This document shows, one piece after another, positions 51,001 through 64,000 of a stretch of 64,000 bases of DNA (positions within the stretch are counted from its first letter, which is position 1; each line of letters starts with the position of its first letter). The stretch comes from Spirogloea muscicola. Taxonomy: Eukaryota. The DNA is taken from the NCBI GenBank assembly GCA_009602725.1, contig WELB01000023.1, positions 202,360-266,359 of the forward strand, in the 5' to 3' direction. Under the pieces are notes generated by a model. That model was not told where the DNA came from, ran no database searches, and worked only from the letters and a program-made list of their open reading frames with translations. Made by a program: the position numbers and the translations under genes.

Positions 51001-53924
51001 TCAGGAATATGGTTCCATGCCTCCACTTTGCCTCCAGGCTGCCTGTGCGTATCTTATTTCACTGTTGCACAGGAAATGTATACACAACAAGGTAAACATA
51101 GTATGTCAGTCCAATGTGGGGATGACCAACATGCAATTCCAATTTTCAGCTGTATTTCTTGCTCTTGAGTCAGCTTCTCAGCATCTTCATATGTTCTCCT
51201 GTCTGCGGAGGTCAAACATACCTGACAAAGCTTATCAGTGTGGCTATTTGCATGCTTTTGCAGGCTTCGCTGTGCCGAAACTGGAGAGGAAAGCATAGAG
51301 AAAGAGACTGTGTACATGCTGAAGTGTCACATCTCTGCGGAGGTCAATTTCTTACAGGAAGGTCTGAAGCAGGTGCGGTTGGTCAGTTGCCAAGCCACAT
51401 CTGCAATGGAACCAACATGTGCCTAACTTATCATCAAACAGCATCTGGTATATATGTAATCAAGGGGCTCAGCAGTCTTGCCTTTTCCTAATTGTGGACT
51501 ATAAGCTAGCCATGGGCTCTGCTCACGTTTCCTTGAAGCTTCTGGCAGGGCTTGAAGGATGAAGTGGAGAAGAACTCTGCCCAACTAGGCCGTAGTACTA
51601 TATTCAAGAGAGATTCACTCATCAGTCGGTTGCCTAAGTGAGTTGTCGTGAAATATTGAGCCAAATGTATTGGGTGTGTCCCTTAATTTTACTTTTTGAA
51701 CGGCAGGCTTTATCTGTTTTACACCAATAGTATTGTTACATTGCCTGCATGCTAAGTGTAGTTTCTTATAGCCTGGCAAGCTCTTGTCAATTGTAGGAGC
51801 TTTCGAGTCACAGCAGCAACATGCATGCATGTTAACTGGAGAGTCCTGGCTTGCGAGACAATTACCACATATACAATGTTCCTGGATCAACTTTACTTGC
51901 TATGCTTGCAGGTACTTGACTGTCCAGTTTGTGCGCTTCTTCTGGAAGAGAGAATCTCAACAAAAGGCCAAGATACTGCGAGTAAGTTTGTAGTCTGCAG
52001 ATTACTACCATGACTGCCTTTATTTGCTAGTGCTCAAGAATGTAATCTGGCAGTTGCAAGAAAGTGTTGGCCACAGTCGCAACTAAGTATATACGTTCTT
52101 GATGAATGTTGTTTTTTGGCTGCAGAAAGTCGGGTATCCGCTAGTACTTGACATATATGCTTTCTGCACAGAGGAGCTGAAGGAGGCCCTTACTGAGCCG
52201 CGAAAGGTACTGGTATCTGTAGTGCTCTGACTTAGCAATGCAAGACAGTTACGTGTCAAATCTGCACCTAAATTATCAGTGTCCTGCAAGCACTTGATAG
52301 GCAGAATACCGGGGTGCCCACTCTCAGCTTGTGTCTGTTCCACCGAATGGGAAAAGTGTTGGTCGCCAAGTACAGCTGCCGATGATTGCTTTACTGCATC
52401 GGTGGAGAAAGCACTGGCTGCCTGTACACACTGCTGGTGTAGCATGGCTCTTGCACTTACCAGCCATCTTTGCTGGTCTGCGTAGGCCGCGGTGGCTGAG
52501 GACGAACGGAAGGCTGGCTTGGAGAAGGCCACCAGTAATGGCAAGGTGGTTGGCCATGATGCAAGCAAGGACGTGGAGGCAACGCGCGCATCAAGTGGTG
52601 CAGTGCCAGAGGCGGCTGCCCAGGTTGATAACTCCACTGCTATGGAAGCTGATGTTAACATGGCTGATAGCAAGGTAACATTGTCACCCATCCAGGTGTC
52701 GCATACGTCGCTCGGTTTAAGAAGTAGTTATATGACCTGTGCTCCCTAAATTAACATGGGACTTGGCAGAAAGGACCGTAGAGAGGTCTGCCTTTGTGTT
52801 CAGGCATGTCTCAGGTCCTGTCACTCGATGAATTTGTGTAAGCATGCAGGAATTAGAAGCAGTGTTAGACTAGCTTAAGAGAGTCAGGAAGGTCTCTGTT
52901 GCTGCTTCTGACCCGCTCACCGCTTGCTGGCATGTCATCAGGAGTCAGATAGGCCCACGACATCATTCACCAATGGCGAAGGCTCTTCGCAAGGTACCAG
53001 GATGACCAACAAAGATTTATCATGTGTTGTGCACACTTGTGCAGCTTCCCTCTTTCATCTTGCTGCTAATGATCGTCCCATATACTGATGTTTAAGGTGT
53101 GCACCTAGGAGCAGAGCGTGAGGCCCATTATCTTGAAGCCCATTATCATGTGCCTATTTGAGAAATTAGTTTTAACGAGAGCCAGTGATTGTTAAGTGGC
53201 AAATTCAGGGGCATATATAGTGAAGGCACCATGGTCTGACTTGGTGTGTTGCTGTGGGTGGACTTGCTCAGCAACATTATCAGGCGTCGATGAACAGAAG
53301 CGCTTAACGGGAATGTACGACCTTGTGTCTGTCCTCACCCACAAGGGACGGAGTGCTGATTCTGGGCACTATGTGTCATGGGTCAAGCAAGAGAGTGGTA
53401 TGCAAACCCGCCAACATCAGGACCTATAGAGGCTCCTCTTATGCTTGTTCGCTGTGACCAAGCACGAGCATTCTCTGAGTAAAGGTTAGCAAATGCAAGA
53501 ATGAGGAAGCTGCACAGATTGCTGCAGTCTTTGGGCAAAGCTGTTCAAGGATCTCAGTGATTGAGTGCAGTCTGGGGGCCTGTGAGCAGGTACATGGGTG
53601 AATTATACCGATGAGAAATTGTTCCCCAAAAATGACGATGATATTGTGCGTTTATCAGGCGGAGGTACTCGCCCTGCATTTATTGTTCCACCTGAGCCGA
53701 CGCCCATGGCATCCTATTCAAAGTCTCATTCCCAGCCATATTAATGGGCTATAAAACACATCAGCAGATTAGCCATCTACAGTTGCTATACATCTTAACC
53801 ATGTCACTTGCCAACACTGTGTACGCAAGCTTCACTGACTTGTATGTCAATGGTACTCCTGGCAGGGGACTGGCATATGGCGTACATTCTTCTGTACAAG
53901 GCGCGGCTAGCACCAGCAGGGTGA
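48079..53924 (+). CDS. UBP6: Proteasome-associated deubiquitinase UBP6/USP14 (UBL + USP domains)
   Basis: VSVKWQKE..LTGVAPERQKIMVKGGLL, KLMMMGT, GLINLGETCYMNS, QQDAEECW, YLTVQFVRFFWKRE, THKGRSADSGHYVSWVK, LSGGGDWHMAY. Confidence 0.96.
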
Positions 53925-54594
53925 CTATGCTGTGCAGAACTGCTGCTTGCCTCCATTGAGAGGCTTCATTGTACTTCCTGGCAGACGTAATTTGAAGCCC
54001 CAGCTGGGGGCTCCATTGATCCGTCTGAGTGTGTGTCGTCGGTCATTGTAACATGGTTGGGCAAGTGCAAGTTTTCTGGTGGGTGGCTTTCCCTTGTGTT
54101 AAATTCGTGTGCTGGCTCGCGCTACCGGGTGCTCAATCTGCCGCCCACGCAGGGGGCATGTTGCACAAACAGGTCTTGTTGCTGCTTGAGAGCCCTGAGC
54201 GATTTTGAAATACCAGGCAAATAAAGTGACATCTATTGATGTTGCAGCCAATCCAGTTCTTAAGGTCAGCGGTGTTGAGGCTTGCTCAATGTGGTGGCTA
54301 TGACCTGCAAGCATGAACACTGCTAACCTCCTGTTTGGTGGCGGCAGTCTGAAAGTCATCCGTCTGAATACATTAGCAAGCAGCTCTGAGCCCAACTAGC
54401 TAAGTTGCCACGGGTCGACCGGTGTGCATTGGGAGTCTGATAATGAAGTGGACATCTGATGACCAGGCTGATCTATGAGAAGGGCTACAGAAGAGTGCAG
54501 GTGATAGCAGGGGTTTACAGAGGTTTGTGTCATCTCTAATGTTTTGTATCGTCTATATTTTTGCGGGCCGAGGTGGTGCTGCAACAGGCGCCAG

Positions 54595-57500
54595 CTACTG
54601 CCAAGTGATGGCCGGCATGGAGGCGGTACCCTGTATGGCCTGGTGGCTGTTTGTGCGCAGGTGGTTGAGCGTGCGCTCCAGCAGATCGGACAGCGGCATC
54701 TACAAGGTGGGCTCAGGCCAAAGGGCACGTACTCTTAGCAGCTCACCCATGCACTAGCAAGGATCTATGTGGTATGCACAGTGACATTTTTCCATGCTCA
54801 AAAGTGTTAGCTGGTCATGCATCTCAACATCCCAGTCATCTTGTCACTTCGGCTATATATTGCGTCCTAGACTGGCCCTTGGGATCGGTGCCCACCTCGG
54901 CGCCGTCGGGGAAGTGGTCACGCAGCTGACTGATCTGCTGCTGCAGCACGGAGCTGGCCTGCCGCAGCTTCTGCACCAGCAGCTTGCTCTTGTCCTCCCC
55001 GGATGCATTCTCGCCGCCCTCGCCCGCCAGCTCTGCTGCAGAGGGAGGTGGCAAAGGTGCGGCTGCGAAGGACGGCAGCATCTGCTGCTGCTGGTCAACC
55101 TGGGACTGCAGGACCTTCTCACCATCCTCCACAGGCGCAACCTTCTGCTGCTCCTGCTTTTTGGCTTGACTCATAAACTGCGTCGGACTTGTGAGAGGCT
55201 CCGATACCGGTGCTGGCAGACTGGCCACGTTGCCGCCCGCCGGCGCTCTGCTGCTCTGCAGCAGGTTGGACCAGTCGTCCGAGGTCATGTGGCCGTCCAC
55301 CAGCTGGCGTGACGGCGTGACGAAGCCCTGGATCTGCCACATGAGACCGAGCTGGGTGGGCGACAGGGCCCCTCCGGCTGGCAGCGGCGACGGCATCGGC
55401 CAACCGCCGCTGAGCTCGTCCAGGAACCCAGACAGGCCCCCAAGTGGGGATGCTGGTGACGGCAGCAATGCCTCTTGCAGCATGGCGGCCTGCATGCGGG
55501 GCACCGGCTCAGTGCAAGCTGGCGGCGGCAAGCACAAAGGCTCGTCGCCCAATGCGGCAGCGCCGCCGGGGATGACCAGCTGCGCAGGCCGCCGAGGGGG
55601 TGTCCCGCCTTGGTCTGAGTCAGAGCTGGAGCCCCCAGGGCTTTTGGAGCGCTGAGGGAAAGCAGCATCGGCGCTGCCGCTGCTGCCCCCACCTTGGCGG
55701 CTGTCCTGCTCCAGCACCGGGCTGTTGACTGCGGCAGAAGGTGGGAACATGAAGCTGGAGCTCGGCTGTGTTGGCTGCTGCGGAGTCAGGTGCGTCGTGG
55801 AGGATGAGTCGGAGAAGATGGATGGGCCGCTGTGCAGCGGCGCAGGCGTGAAGGAGAAGCTCATGTGGGCAAGCGATGGTGGGGAGAACAGCATGAGCTC
55901 CGAGATACAGTCAGCGGACAGATCCTCCTCAGTTGGCGGCGTGGCCTCTGATGGGTGGCCTGGAGCCGTGCTGGCGACGGCCTTGGCCAGTGTGGCGGGC
56001 TTGGCGCTGGCGAGGCGGGAGGGGTGGAAGGGGAATGGCGATGCGGACTGAGGCGACTCGAGGTCGTAAGCTTCGACGAGCGTCAGGCCGGGGTGGATCG
56101 GCTTCAGCTTCGGCTGCTGCATGCTGCCATCCTCCACCTTCACCATAGCATCGTGCGACTGGACGGCAGCGCTTTGGTCACTGTAGAAGCAGGTCAAGCC
56201 GAGCTGGCAGTGGGCCATCGCCGTCGTGTGTGGGGGCACCATCATTGGCATGGGCATATGCACTGCGGGCGCCATGTGGGTGGGGTAGGACACCGCCGAT
56301 GACTGCGGCAGGTCAAATGTCTCCAATTGCGGCATCCGCGGCAGCTGCGCCGTGTCGAAGCTCGAGCGCCGCCGCTTGTCGCTGGCCAGCGAGAGCTTGC
56401 GCATCGACGGCGAGAGCAGGTCTCCTAGGAAGTCCTGGCTGTCGCGCGCGGCGCCGCCGCCGCCACCTTGTGGTTGACCTCCCAGAAGGGCCCCGTTGGC
56501 GAAGCTGCTGCCATTGCCAGCGGCTGCTGCGCTGCTGCCATGCAACCCAGCTTGGAGCAGCTGTGCAGACATCCTCGCCTCGGCGCTGTCCGTGAGGTCC
56601 AGGCTGGTGGAACGGCGGGCGCCGCGGCTGCCTCGCTGCCGCGGTGGGCTGCTCCCGCTCCTGCTCCTGGAGGCCACCCTCGTGAGCTCCGCGTGGAGCT
56701 CTGCATCAACTGTGGCCGCTGGTTCCGCATCTCCTGCAGCAGGCATAGCCTGTTGGCACTGTTGCAATGGCTTGCCTGAACGTGCAGAGACCGCTGCGGC
56801 TCCCCCCTTCTGCCCCGGCCGCTTCTGGCCGATCAAGCGTTGTGCAACATTGCGCAGCGACTCAAGTGTGGCCTTCTTCACTGACTTCACCTTGCTGGCC
56901 TTGGTACCTGGCTCCTCCTTCACATGCACAGTGCCTGCCATTGCCGCTCCCGGCTGACCTTGGCTGCTGCTGTGCAAGCCATCCCAGTTGCCATGATCGA
57001 TGGACAGTGCGATCAACTGCGTGCCGCGCACTTGGCTTTCGCCTGCAGCGCCGAGGAAGCCCGCATTAGCATCCCCTGGAGCGCGCCCACCTGATGCAAG
57101 GTCCCAGTGCCCTGCATAGCAGAGAATCGAGCATAGTCACACGCCCTGCTATCCCGGTCATAATACCAGACTATCTGCATAACACTGACATGATGCTCAT
57201 TGATGTGCTGCCCAAAGCTTACTGACAAGGTCTATAAGTGGCATTTGTGATCAAAGGAATGGGGGTTCCTGAAGACATACTCTGGCCAGGCTGCATCTGT
57301 GTGGTCAGCTGCCCTCTGGGCTGCTGTTTTGGGCTCAGCCCTGTTCGAACCAGGGTATGCTCCTGCACGTTGTTGAAGGCCTGGAAAAGGTCGCGCACGT
57401 GCTGCACCAGCGACGAATTTGGAGGCAGCTGCGCAAGTGGCATTGAGACATGGAACAGGCTGTCAGATGTTTCGCTCTAGGACACTGTCACAGGCCACTA

Positions 57501-59649
57501 GTGCAACTTGAGGCTGCTACTGGTACACCCGCCTGTCATTGCAACGTGCGGCAAGTGTTCTTGGGCTGCACATCAAGACCTTGCCGGCCTGATCTGGCCT
57601 GTGGCACCACAAGACCAGCGGCTTTGACTAGCTTCCTTACGTTTCAACACGCTGCAAAGCTTCGAGGCAGCCGCTCTGCAAGAGGCGGCCGCTCTTGCTC
57701 TCGAGAGAATGGATGAGGTTTGTACAATATGCTCCTAAGTGCCCCTGGTGGCGGAACAATATGGTTGTTGGCAAGCAAGGACTTGCCAACCCAGTGCAAG
57801 GGCACAGGTGTCAGGCTAAGTGTTGGGCCTGCTTACCATGCAGCAGGAGCCGAGCTGCAGCACGCCTTGGGCAACCGAGATGCCAGCAATCGTCTGTGAT
57901 GACAAGGTGCCGCTTGTTTGTCAGTGCAATACGCATGCCACTGCTGGGCCAAGTGCAGATTTGCATCTTGCAGGCCCACCAGACATCAGATTTTGCGCCT
58001 CCTCTTCGTCCCAAGACGAGCAGCGCTTGGGCGCCTTCACGTGGAATCATACCTGGATCCCGGCATCAAATTGCTCCTGCCACCCTGCAGGGTACTGCAC
58101 AGTGCGAGTTTGGCAAGCTCTTGCCAACAGCTCACAGTAAGTACCATCGTGACAAAGCGACTGATGTTTGTTGGCATTGCCTAAGGGTGCTTGCTGAGCG
58201 CAAGGAAGTGAGATGCAAAGGGGCCGCTTATACCTGCTCCGAAAGGCCGTCCAAGCCATTATCTGAGGCGGCAGCATGCTCCAGGTCCTTCTTGTGCACC
58301 CACTGGTAGCTGCCATGAGCGGCCACCTTCCCTATCAATCTGCACGCTTCGAACAAAAGCCAACGGCATGAGCTCCGCTGGTGGTCACCCATGAGATACT
58401 GCAGGACATGATATGTTGAGATTGCTGCCGCGGCACTTGCTGTTCAGGAACCAACAGGGAAAGAGCCAGCTCGCCAGTTGCAACTGCCAGATTGCCGCAC
58501 CCATCATTGCAGTTGTACAGCTGATAGGACATGCGGCCAAACTCCTCAGAGAGCCTCGCTGGGTTAACGGTACTGAATTCCTTGGGGGACAGGCGCCAGT
58601 TGTTGAGGGAGTAGAAGCCGTCCTCCCACATGAGTACCCTGCAGGCGGTGCTCAGCCAAGCCGGGCCATAGGCAGCACTTGCAAAAGTCAACGTTTGCAT
58701 GAAAATGGAGCAGAGTGAGTGTCTGCTCCAGACTTTCTCATACTACTGCAGTCAGGCCGACTATCTGACATCTGCCTCTCATGGCCTCGCTCAGCCAGGG
58801 AGCAAGGCCAGCAAAGCCTGCATGCCACGTCCCTGCTTTCACACTAAATGACATAGCAACCTCTCATGCATGTGATCCATCCAGGCATGCTGCAGCGCTG
58901 TGAATACCAGCCTCTCCTCGCCAGCAGGCAAAGAGGCTGATATTGAGCAGGCTTCACACAGCCAGGTACATACAGGCAGAGGGAGTGGGTGTGCACTCAC
59001 CAGCCCTGCTCCCGAGGTTGGGCACCACTGAGACTGCCCAGAGCCGACGGATCCGAGGTCCTGCGGCGGCGACATAGCGGGTGCGGCTCTGAGGGCCGTC
59101 AGACAAGGCCGCGCGGCGGACCGCTGCTTTGGCCACGACTTGATCGTGCGGCCTGATGCCCACTTTAAGTCCTCCGCTGTGCCGTCCTGCCTTCCGCAGG
59201 CGTGCTCGCTGCCCAGCAAGGCAAACACCGTTCCGGCCCCTGTTTCCATCACAGGAGCCGCTGCGGCAGCGTAGAGGCCTCCTGCTCCACACCCCGTCGA
59301 GAGGCGTGACAAGCGATGCACGGAGTGGTCGGGGCGCTGGCAGCCCCGCTGCCCATCATCACTGACCAGACGACGGCGACGACGTGCCCTCGACACTAAA
59401 GTCTTCCTGAGCAATTGAATTGAAGCGGAGAACGGGGACAGCAGAAAGGCGGGAGAGCGGCGGTGGAAGGAAAGGAGGGGGTAGTGATGGGTTTTCTCAC
59501 TGAGGCATCGCGCGGGGCCGGAGGCGCCAGAAGACGGCGTACGCCCAGCCGGAGGAGCGGCAGAGGCCGGCGAGCACGTCGTGCAGCTGCTGCGGGCGAG
59601 CGGGGCCCGGCGCCGCCTCGTCCATGGCGCCGCCGCCGCCGCCCATCAT
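54595..59649 (-). CDS. LONESOME HIGHWAY-like atypical bHLH transcription factor (MYC_N domain, long disordered middle, degenerate bHLH); 3' end tentative
   Basis: LAGLCRSSGWAYAVFWRL, VLMWEDGFY, MSYQLY..GLIGKVA..QW, GWQEQFDAGIQTIA..GVLQLGS, LVQHVRDLF. The C-terminal QQQISQLRDHFPDGAE|MPLSDLLERTLNHL resembles LHW IQDRIKELR..PNG.K|CSID.LL..TIKHM. Confidence 0.8.
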
Positions 59650-60111
59650 GGCCAGCGGCAGCCCCGCCACCACCGGGCGAGCGGGCTCAGGGCATGGCGG
59701 GCTGGGGCAGCGGCGGCGCGGAGACGGCAGCGGAGACGGCAATGCAGATGAGAGTGGCGCCTGCAGTGCCGGAGGCGCGGCCGTGTACGCGCGAGCTGGG
59801 CGGCGGGGCGGGGAGGACGGGTGGCCGCGGGGGGGAGGAGAAGGTGAGCTTGGGGGAACGAACTGAAGGGCCCCCAAGTGGCCAATACCGAACGGCGATC
59901 CCCATCTGGTTGACGTACGTTCTACCCACTGCACATCGCCCCCGCTCTCGGTTCCCCATGTCCTCCCAGGAGCGCCCAACAGTGCGGGCCAGGTAGGTGG
60001 CGCGCCCCCCTGGGAGCCCCCCAGGCCGGCGGGCCCCGTTCCCACGCGCCTCGGAGAGCGCCAGCCTGGCAGGGCGGGCGCCCTTGTGGCAAGGCTTGCG
60101 GCTTTGATTCA

Positions 60112-60196
60112 GCCACGTCGGACAGACCGCGTCCTACGTGGCCCCGGCTCGCGGGGGCGTGCCCGACCCAAGAGGCCGGTGGGCGGGCCCACGTGG
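60112..60196. promoter_or_regulatory. ACGT/ABRE-like elements upstream of the LHW-like gene
   Basis: gccacgtc (~60112), tacgtggc (~60135) and ccacgtgg (~60189). Confidence 0.4.
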
Positions 60197-60624
60197 GAGG
60201 TCGCACTTGCCTGGCGGTCGGCTTTGGCGCCACGCCATGGGCCGAGAAGCCCGGGGGTTTGCCCTCCCCACCCGCCCGGGGGCACCCGTCGGAGAGCTAC
60301 CCACATGCTACCGCCGTTAGGACGGCGTGGCTGGACGCCGTGGCGGATTCACCATCACCCGCTCCGCTGGCCCCGCCAGCGAGCCCCTCGCGCTCGGCCG
60401 CACACTTGTCGGAAAGCTAGCTGGATGTCGCCCGGCCCAGCGGCCCGGCCCAGCCCGTACTGGGCGGCCGTGCTCGCGGCCGCGGGGCCCCCGATCCGCC
60501 GCCCCGGGATATCCCACTCGCCATGATCCCTGCCCTCCGGCCCACGACTCCAGATCCGCCGCATCCGCCCGCCCTCGCTTCTCCGCGCCCCTCCCCTCGT
60601 GCACGGCGGTGCCTGGCCAGCCGA

Positions 60625-61950
60625 GACGGACGCTCTTCCAGAAGATGGGCGATTGGCTGTGAGAGGCCAGCCCAAAGGCCTGAAAGACGTACAAGGTCTC
60701 AATGGTGAAGGAAGTGAGTAGCCCATCCAAGGGGGCGAGGGCTTCAAAAAGCCGGCCCGAAAGGGATGGACATGGCCAGCGGAACGCCGACCATCCGCCG
60801 GAAGACGAGTTCTTCCCGTTGGCAACTGACATCCATGGGGCACTGGGCGCTCGGTGGCTTGAGCTACTTAACCAGTTCGCCCGCCACGCAATCGCCCGTC
60901 GCTTCCATGGTGAACCGGTAGACTTTCCTGCAGCCGGGTCGCTGGCGCAAGTGTATCGCATGCGCTTGGCCGTCTCGCTGCAGAGGTCCATGGCCCGTGC
61001 ACTGCACCTTCGTGCCGGAAGAGCCCTAGCTGCTGCCTCTGGCTCTGTCCAGGGGACCCACTTCCAGGACCCTAGCATCTCTGATCTGCGGCTGCTCAGC
61101 AGGAATTACTGAGTCATTCGTAGTTGCTTTGTTTCTTCTTGTGCTTGTTTTTCTTAGCGCTTCCCCTGGCTCCCTTCTCGTACTTTGTCCATTCCTTTTT
61201 GGGCTGGCTGTTCCAGCCCCTATCCTCAATGGGCGAGCTCTTTCCAGCGGAAGGCGGGGAGAAGCTTTGCCCCCGAGAGCCATGGCCTTGGACGAGGAGC
61301 AGCTCTTTCACGGGGCCGGGGCTGTGAAAAGCTTGCCCACAAGAGAGGACATAAGGTTCGACGGAGCCCGAAAACATGGAAAGTCAGCCCAGATGGCCAG
61401 CTGAGCGGCTGCAAGTAGAGAAGACGCTTCCAATAGAGGGCGGTAGCTACTGTGTGCACTTAGCACTCGGCTCCTTCAGACCTTGCCATTCCTCTGGGCT
61501 GGCCTCTCCCAGCCACCAGTCAATCTGGCCGCGCTTTCTCTACTGTGTGCCGCCCCCCTCAGCTGCCCGGGCGGCTTGCATGGGTAGGTGCGCCTTTGCA
61601 CTCGGCCGCTCTTGCCCAATTATTGGATGCTGGCCATTTTCCCCTGGCGGAATAGTTATTTCTATTGCCTAGCGCTGCTCCTGGGGCTGACTGGCCCTCT
61701 TGCAGCCCAACTGCCTCTGTCGATCAATCTCCCCTCCCTTCGCTGTGGACCACTCGTTGTGCTGGAATTTTGGCGTCCCGTGTCAAGGCTTCCCCCCAGA
61801 CCTTGTTCATTTTGTTTGTGCTGGTCATCAAAGGCGCGGCCACCTTTTGCAAAAGCTTCTCTATTATATGAGCTGGCATGGTTGAAGGGCCGCTCTCCTC
61901 CACAGTCATTGCCTCCTATGGCAATAGCTACCTTCTCCTCTCTCCGAGCC
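60625..61950. mobile_element. Family B truncated copy (60785-61245, +) within a dense stack of tails on both strands
   Basis: DHPPEDEFFPLATDIHG..YRMRLAVSLQRSMARALH..SDLRLLSRNY* (61112) plus tail. Minus-strand tails lie at 60630-60700 and 60710-60773, an E tail at 61462-61540 and eroded cores at ~61800. Confidence 0.85.
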
Positions 61951-62049
61951 ACAGCAGCAGCCTCCTTGAAGAAGGCTGCTCTGCCGCCCAGCCTCCGTTG
62001 GCACCCGGCTCTGCACCGCTGTGACTGGTGGATCCGGGTCGCTATGTCC

Positions 62050-62900
62050 GCCTCGATCTGCGATGTTGGCAAGTGGTCGTATGCCCGTCCACTGTGGCTT
62101 CTTCACAAGGAGTCCATATTGGAGTCCAAGGCCCAGCAACGAGCTGTTCTTAGCTTCACATCTTTCCAAGTGTGCTTTGAGCACTGCAAAGGACGAGCAA
62201 CATGTTAGCATCTCTTCAACAAGCCCACTCATACAAGCTGTTAACTCTCGTTGTCATTCTACTACCAAGCACATGATCTCTTACATGCTTGCAACAAGCG
62301 CAGCAAGTCATCTTCAGTAGGGAGGCTCAGATTCCCAATCTTCTGGGTTGCATAGTCTCGCCCCATACATAGCTGCAGCTAGTGGAAGCCAACTTGCTCG
62401 CAACCAACTAGATGGAGGTTCCGCCTCCTTGTACAAGATTCCATCGCGTTATGGATCGACATGCAATCTCCTTCAGGTGCTTAAGATAGGGTATCTACAT
62501 AATGGCAAGGTATGAGCATATAGCAAGTCAATCTTGGGCCTCTCTGGCAACATGCACGGTCGTGCACTTCGAGAAGCAGGTCACACGACTGGATGCAGAT
62601 CGTGGCGTCTTTGTGCTAGAAATTTGAGACTGGGTAGAGGGCCAGAATCCTAGATCTGTGAACCAATGCAGCCACTCATACAATCAGAGACATACCTTAC
62701 TCAATCTCTTTGCTTAGTCTTTCCGCAGCTTACACCATTTTAGGATCGCGCATACTAACAAGTGCAGCTGAAAATGCAGTTGCTGGTCAATGGATCTGCA
62801 GACCGTTCACCCTGTAAGGTGCAGAAATGTAGATAACTGTGTACACTGCGTCAAGGTCATCAGAGTACAGTGCTTGTCTTATTGAGGACGTCACATCAAG
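62050..62900 (-). mobile_element. Possible highly eroded hAT-like transposase remnant
   Basis: Minus-strand fragments SCDLLLE (cf. H.LDL.LED) and ITRWN (cf. TRWNS) occur in the expected order amid many stops. The evidence is weak. Confidence 0.3.
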
Positions 62901-63284
62901 GACGGCACCGAATGCATGTACATGCGCCACCGTCCTGAGAAGTTGGTCCTGTTGCTGCTACGAACCTGCTGTGCCTTACAGATAGACTGCTTGTAAGCCC
63001 GTTGCATGTATGATGGCTCCTGAAACACAGTCTCCATATTATGAAGTGGCAATAGCAGGACTGCTGCCTCCATTCGATTGCCATTGCGTCGAGCTCAGAG
63101 GGATGCATGTCTCATTGCATAACATGCTTTGGTCGAGCAGTGAGCATACTTCGGGCGCTGCTAACGAGTATTGGCTGCACTTGTTTTGCATCACCCATAC
63201 CACCAAGTCTGCGTTCTTGGAATGCTGGTGCGTCATTAGAAGGAAAGTCTGTAGGCTCACGAGCCTACTTCTGATGCTATGCTC

Positions 63285-63395
63285 TAGGGAGAGAAGGTCT
63301 TCCAGTAGATGGCGATGGCTGAGTGGATTGGCCAGCCCAGAGAAAGAATATACAAAGTGCGTAGAGGCCAGACAAGCGCTAAAGCACACTGCTCT
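63285..63395 (-). repeat. Family D-type retroelement tail
   Basis: gtgtgctttagcgcttgtctggcc..attctttctctgggctggccaatc..cagccatcgccatctactggaagaccttctctc matches 39485-39590. Confidence 0.85.
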
Positions 63396-64000
63396 ATGCC
63401 TGACTTTTCCAAATCACACTAGCACACGACTGGTGCCAGTCCGGATTGTCTTAGGGGCCGGAAAGGCTGGGCCTGCACGGTTGCTGCCGGCACGAGGCGT
63501 TCGCCCAGGAGGTGGAAGCCCAGGGCGAGGAGAAAGGCACAACGGCGTCTGGCAGTACAACACAGATGGTGGAGAGAGGTTGTCTTACCAAGAGATGCAC
63601 AGCTGGCCACTGTTACACGAGCACGAAGTACCTGGCCGAAGAGTGTTCATGTCTGTGGTTGGCATGCTCTTAGGCGCTTACTCATCGCTTAGGAGGCCAA
63701 GCACTCACAAGGATTTGAAAGATAGTTTCAAGAGTGTTTTGGTACGTTTGCGGAGAGAATGTTGATCTTAATATGCGTTACAACTCTATTTCATCGATAC
63801 CAGAGATGCTCTTCGAGTACTTACTCAGGATACCGACTGCATCCTGTTGCTTTGCAAGATCAACCTTGGCGACGTCTTTCTTGCGATCGTGGTAGTAGCT
63901 AGCTTGGGCTTGGCACAGACGATATCAATTCCAAATACAACTATAAGCTTCCGCCTGATAAGATTGCTCAAGATGAAGGCATGGCAAGGATGTATTATTG

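Overview
Eukaryotic, intron-rich, GC-rich genomic DNA. The plant-type gene set (COR413, LHW-type bHLH, golgin-84/GC2, clade-E-like PP2C) and TTTAGGG repeats suggest a streptophyte green alga (inference). The assembly is a draft with N gaps and single-N joins. About 12 host genes are recognisable: COR413, a bacterial-type TatD, a VIRILIZER C-terminal fragment, MTHFR, UQCC1/CBP3, PIG-Z/SMP3, TSSC4, Tubby-like, PP2C, a Gly-rich plant-type ORF, golgin-84, UBP6 and an LHW-like bHLH. The intergenic DNA is dominated by a diversified group of CRE-like (RT + restriction-like endonuclease) non-LTR retroelements: one near-complete decayed copy (30430-33940), several 5'-truncated copies and more than 20 short 3' tails. 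Their ORFs end in a conserved (T/S)RGY-stop, and many tails share a TTGTYCATTC(T)nGGGCTGGC..CAGCC stem-loop. They sit almost only upstream of gene starts and insert into each other's tails. Other notable points: a UBP6 with Thr at the third catalytic position, a possible VIR-TatD fusion or bicistron, a GC-AG intron, and a duplicated splice acceptor. Family assignments come from recalled motifs, not database searches. Exon boundaries were read by eye.
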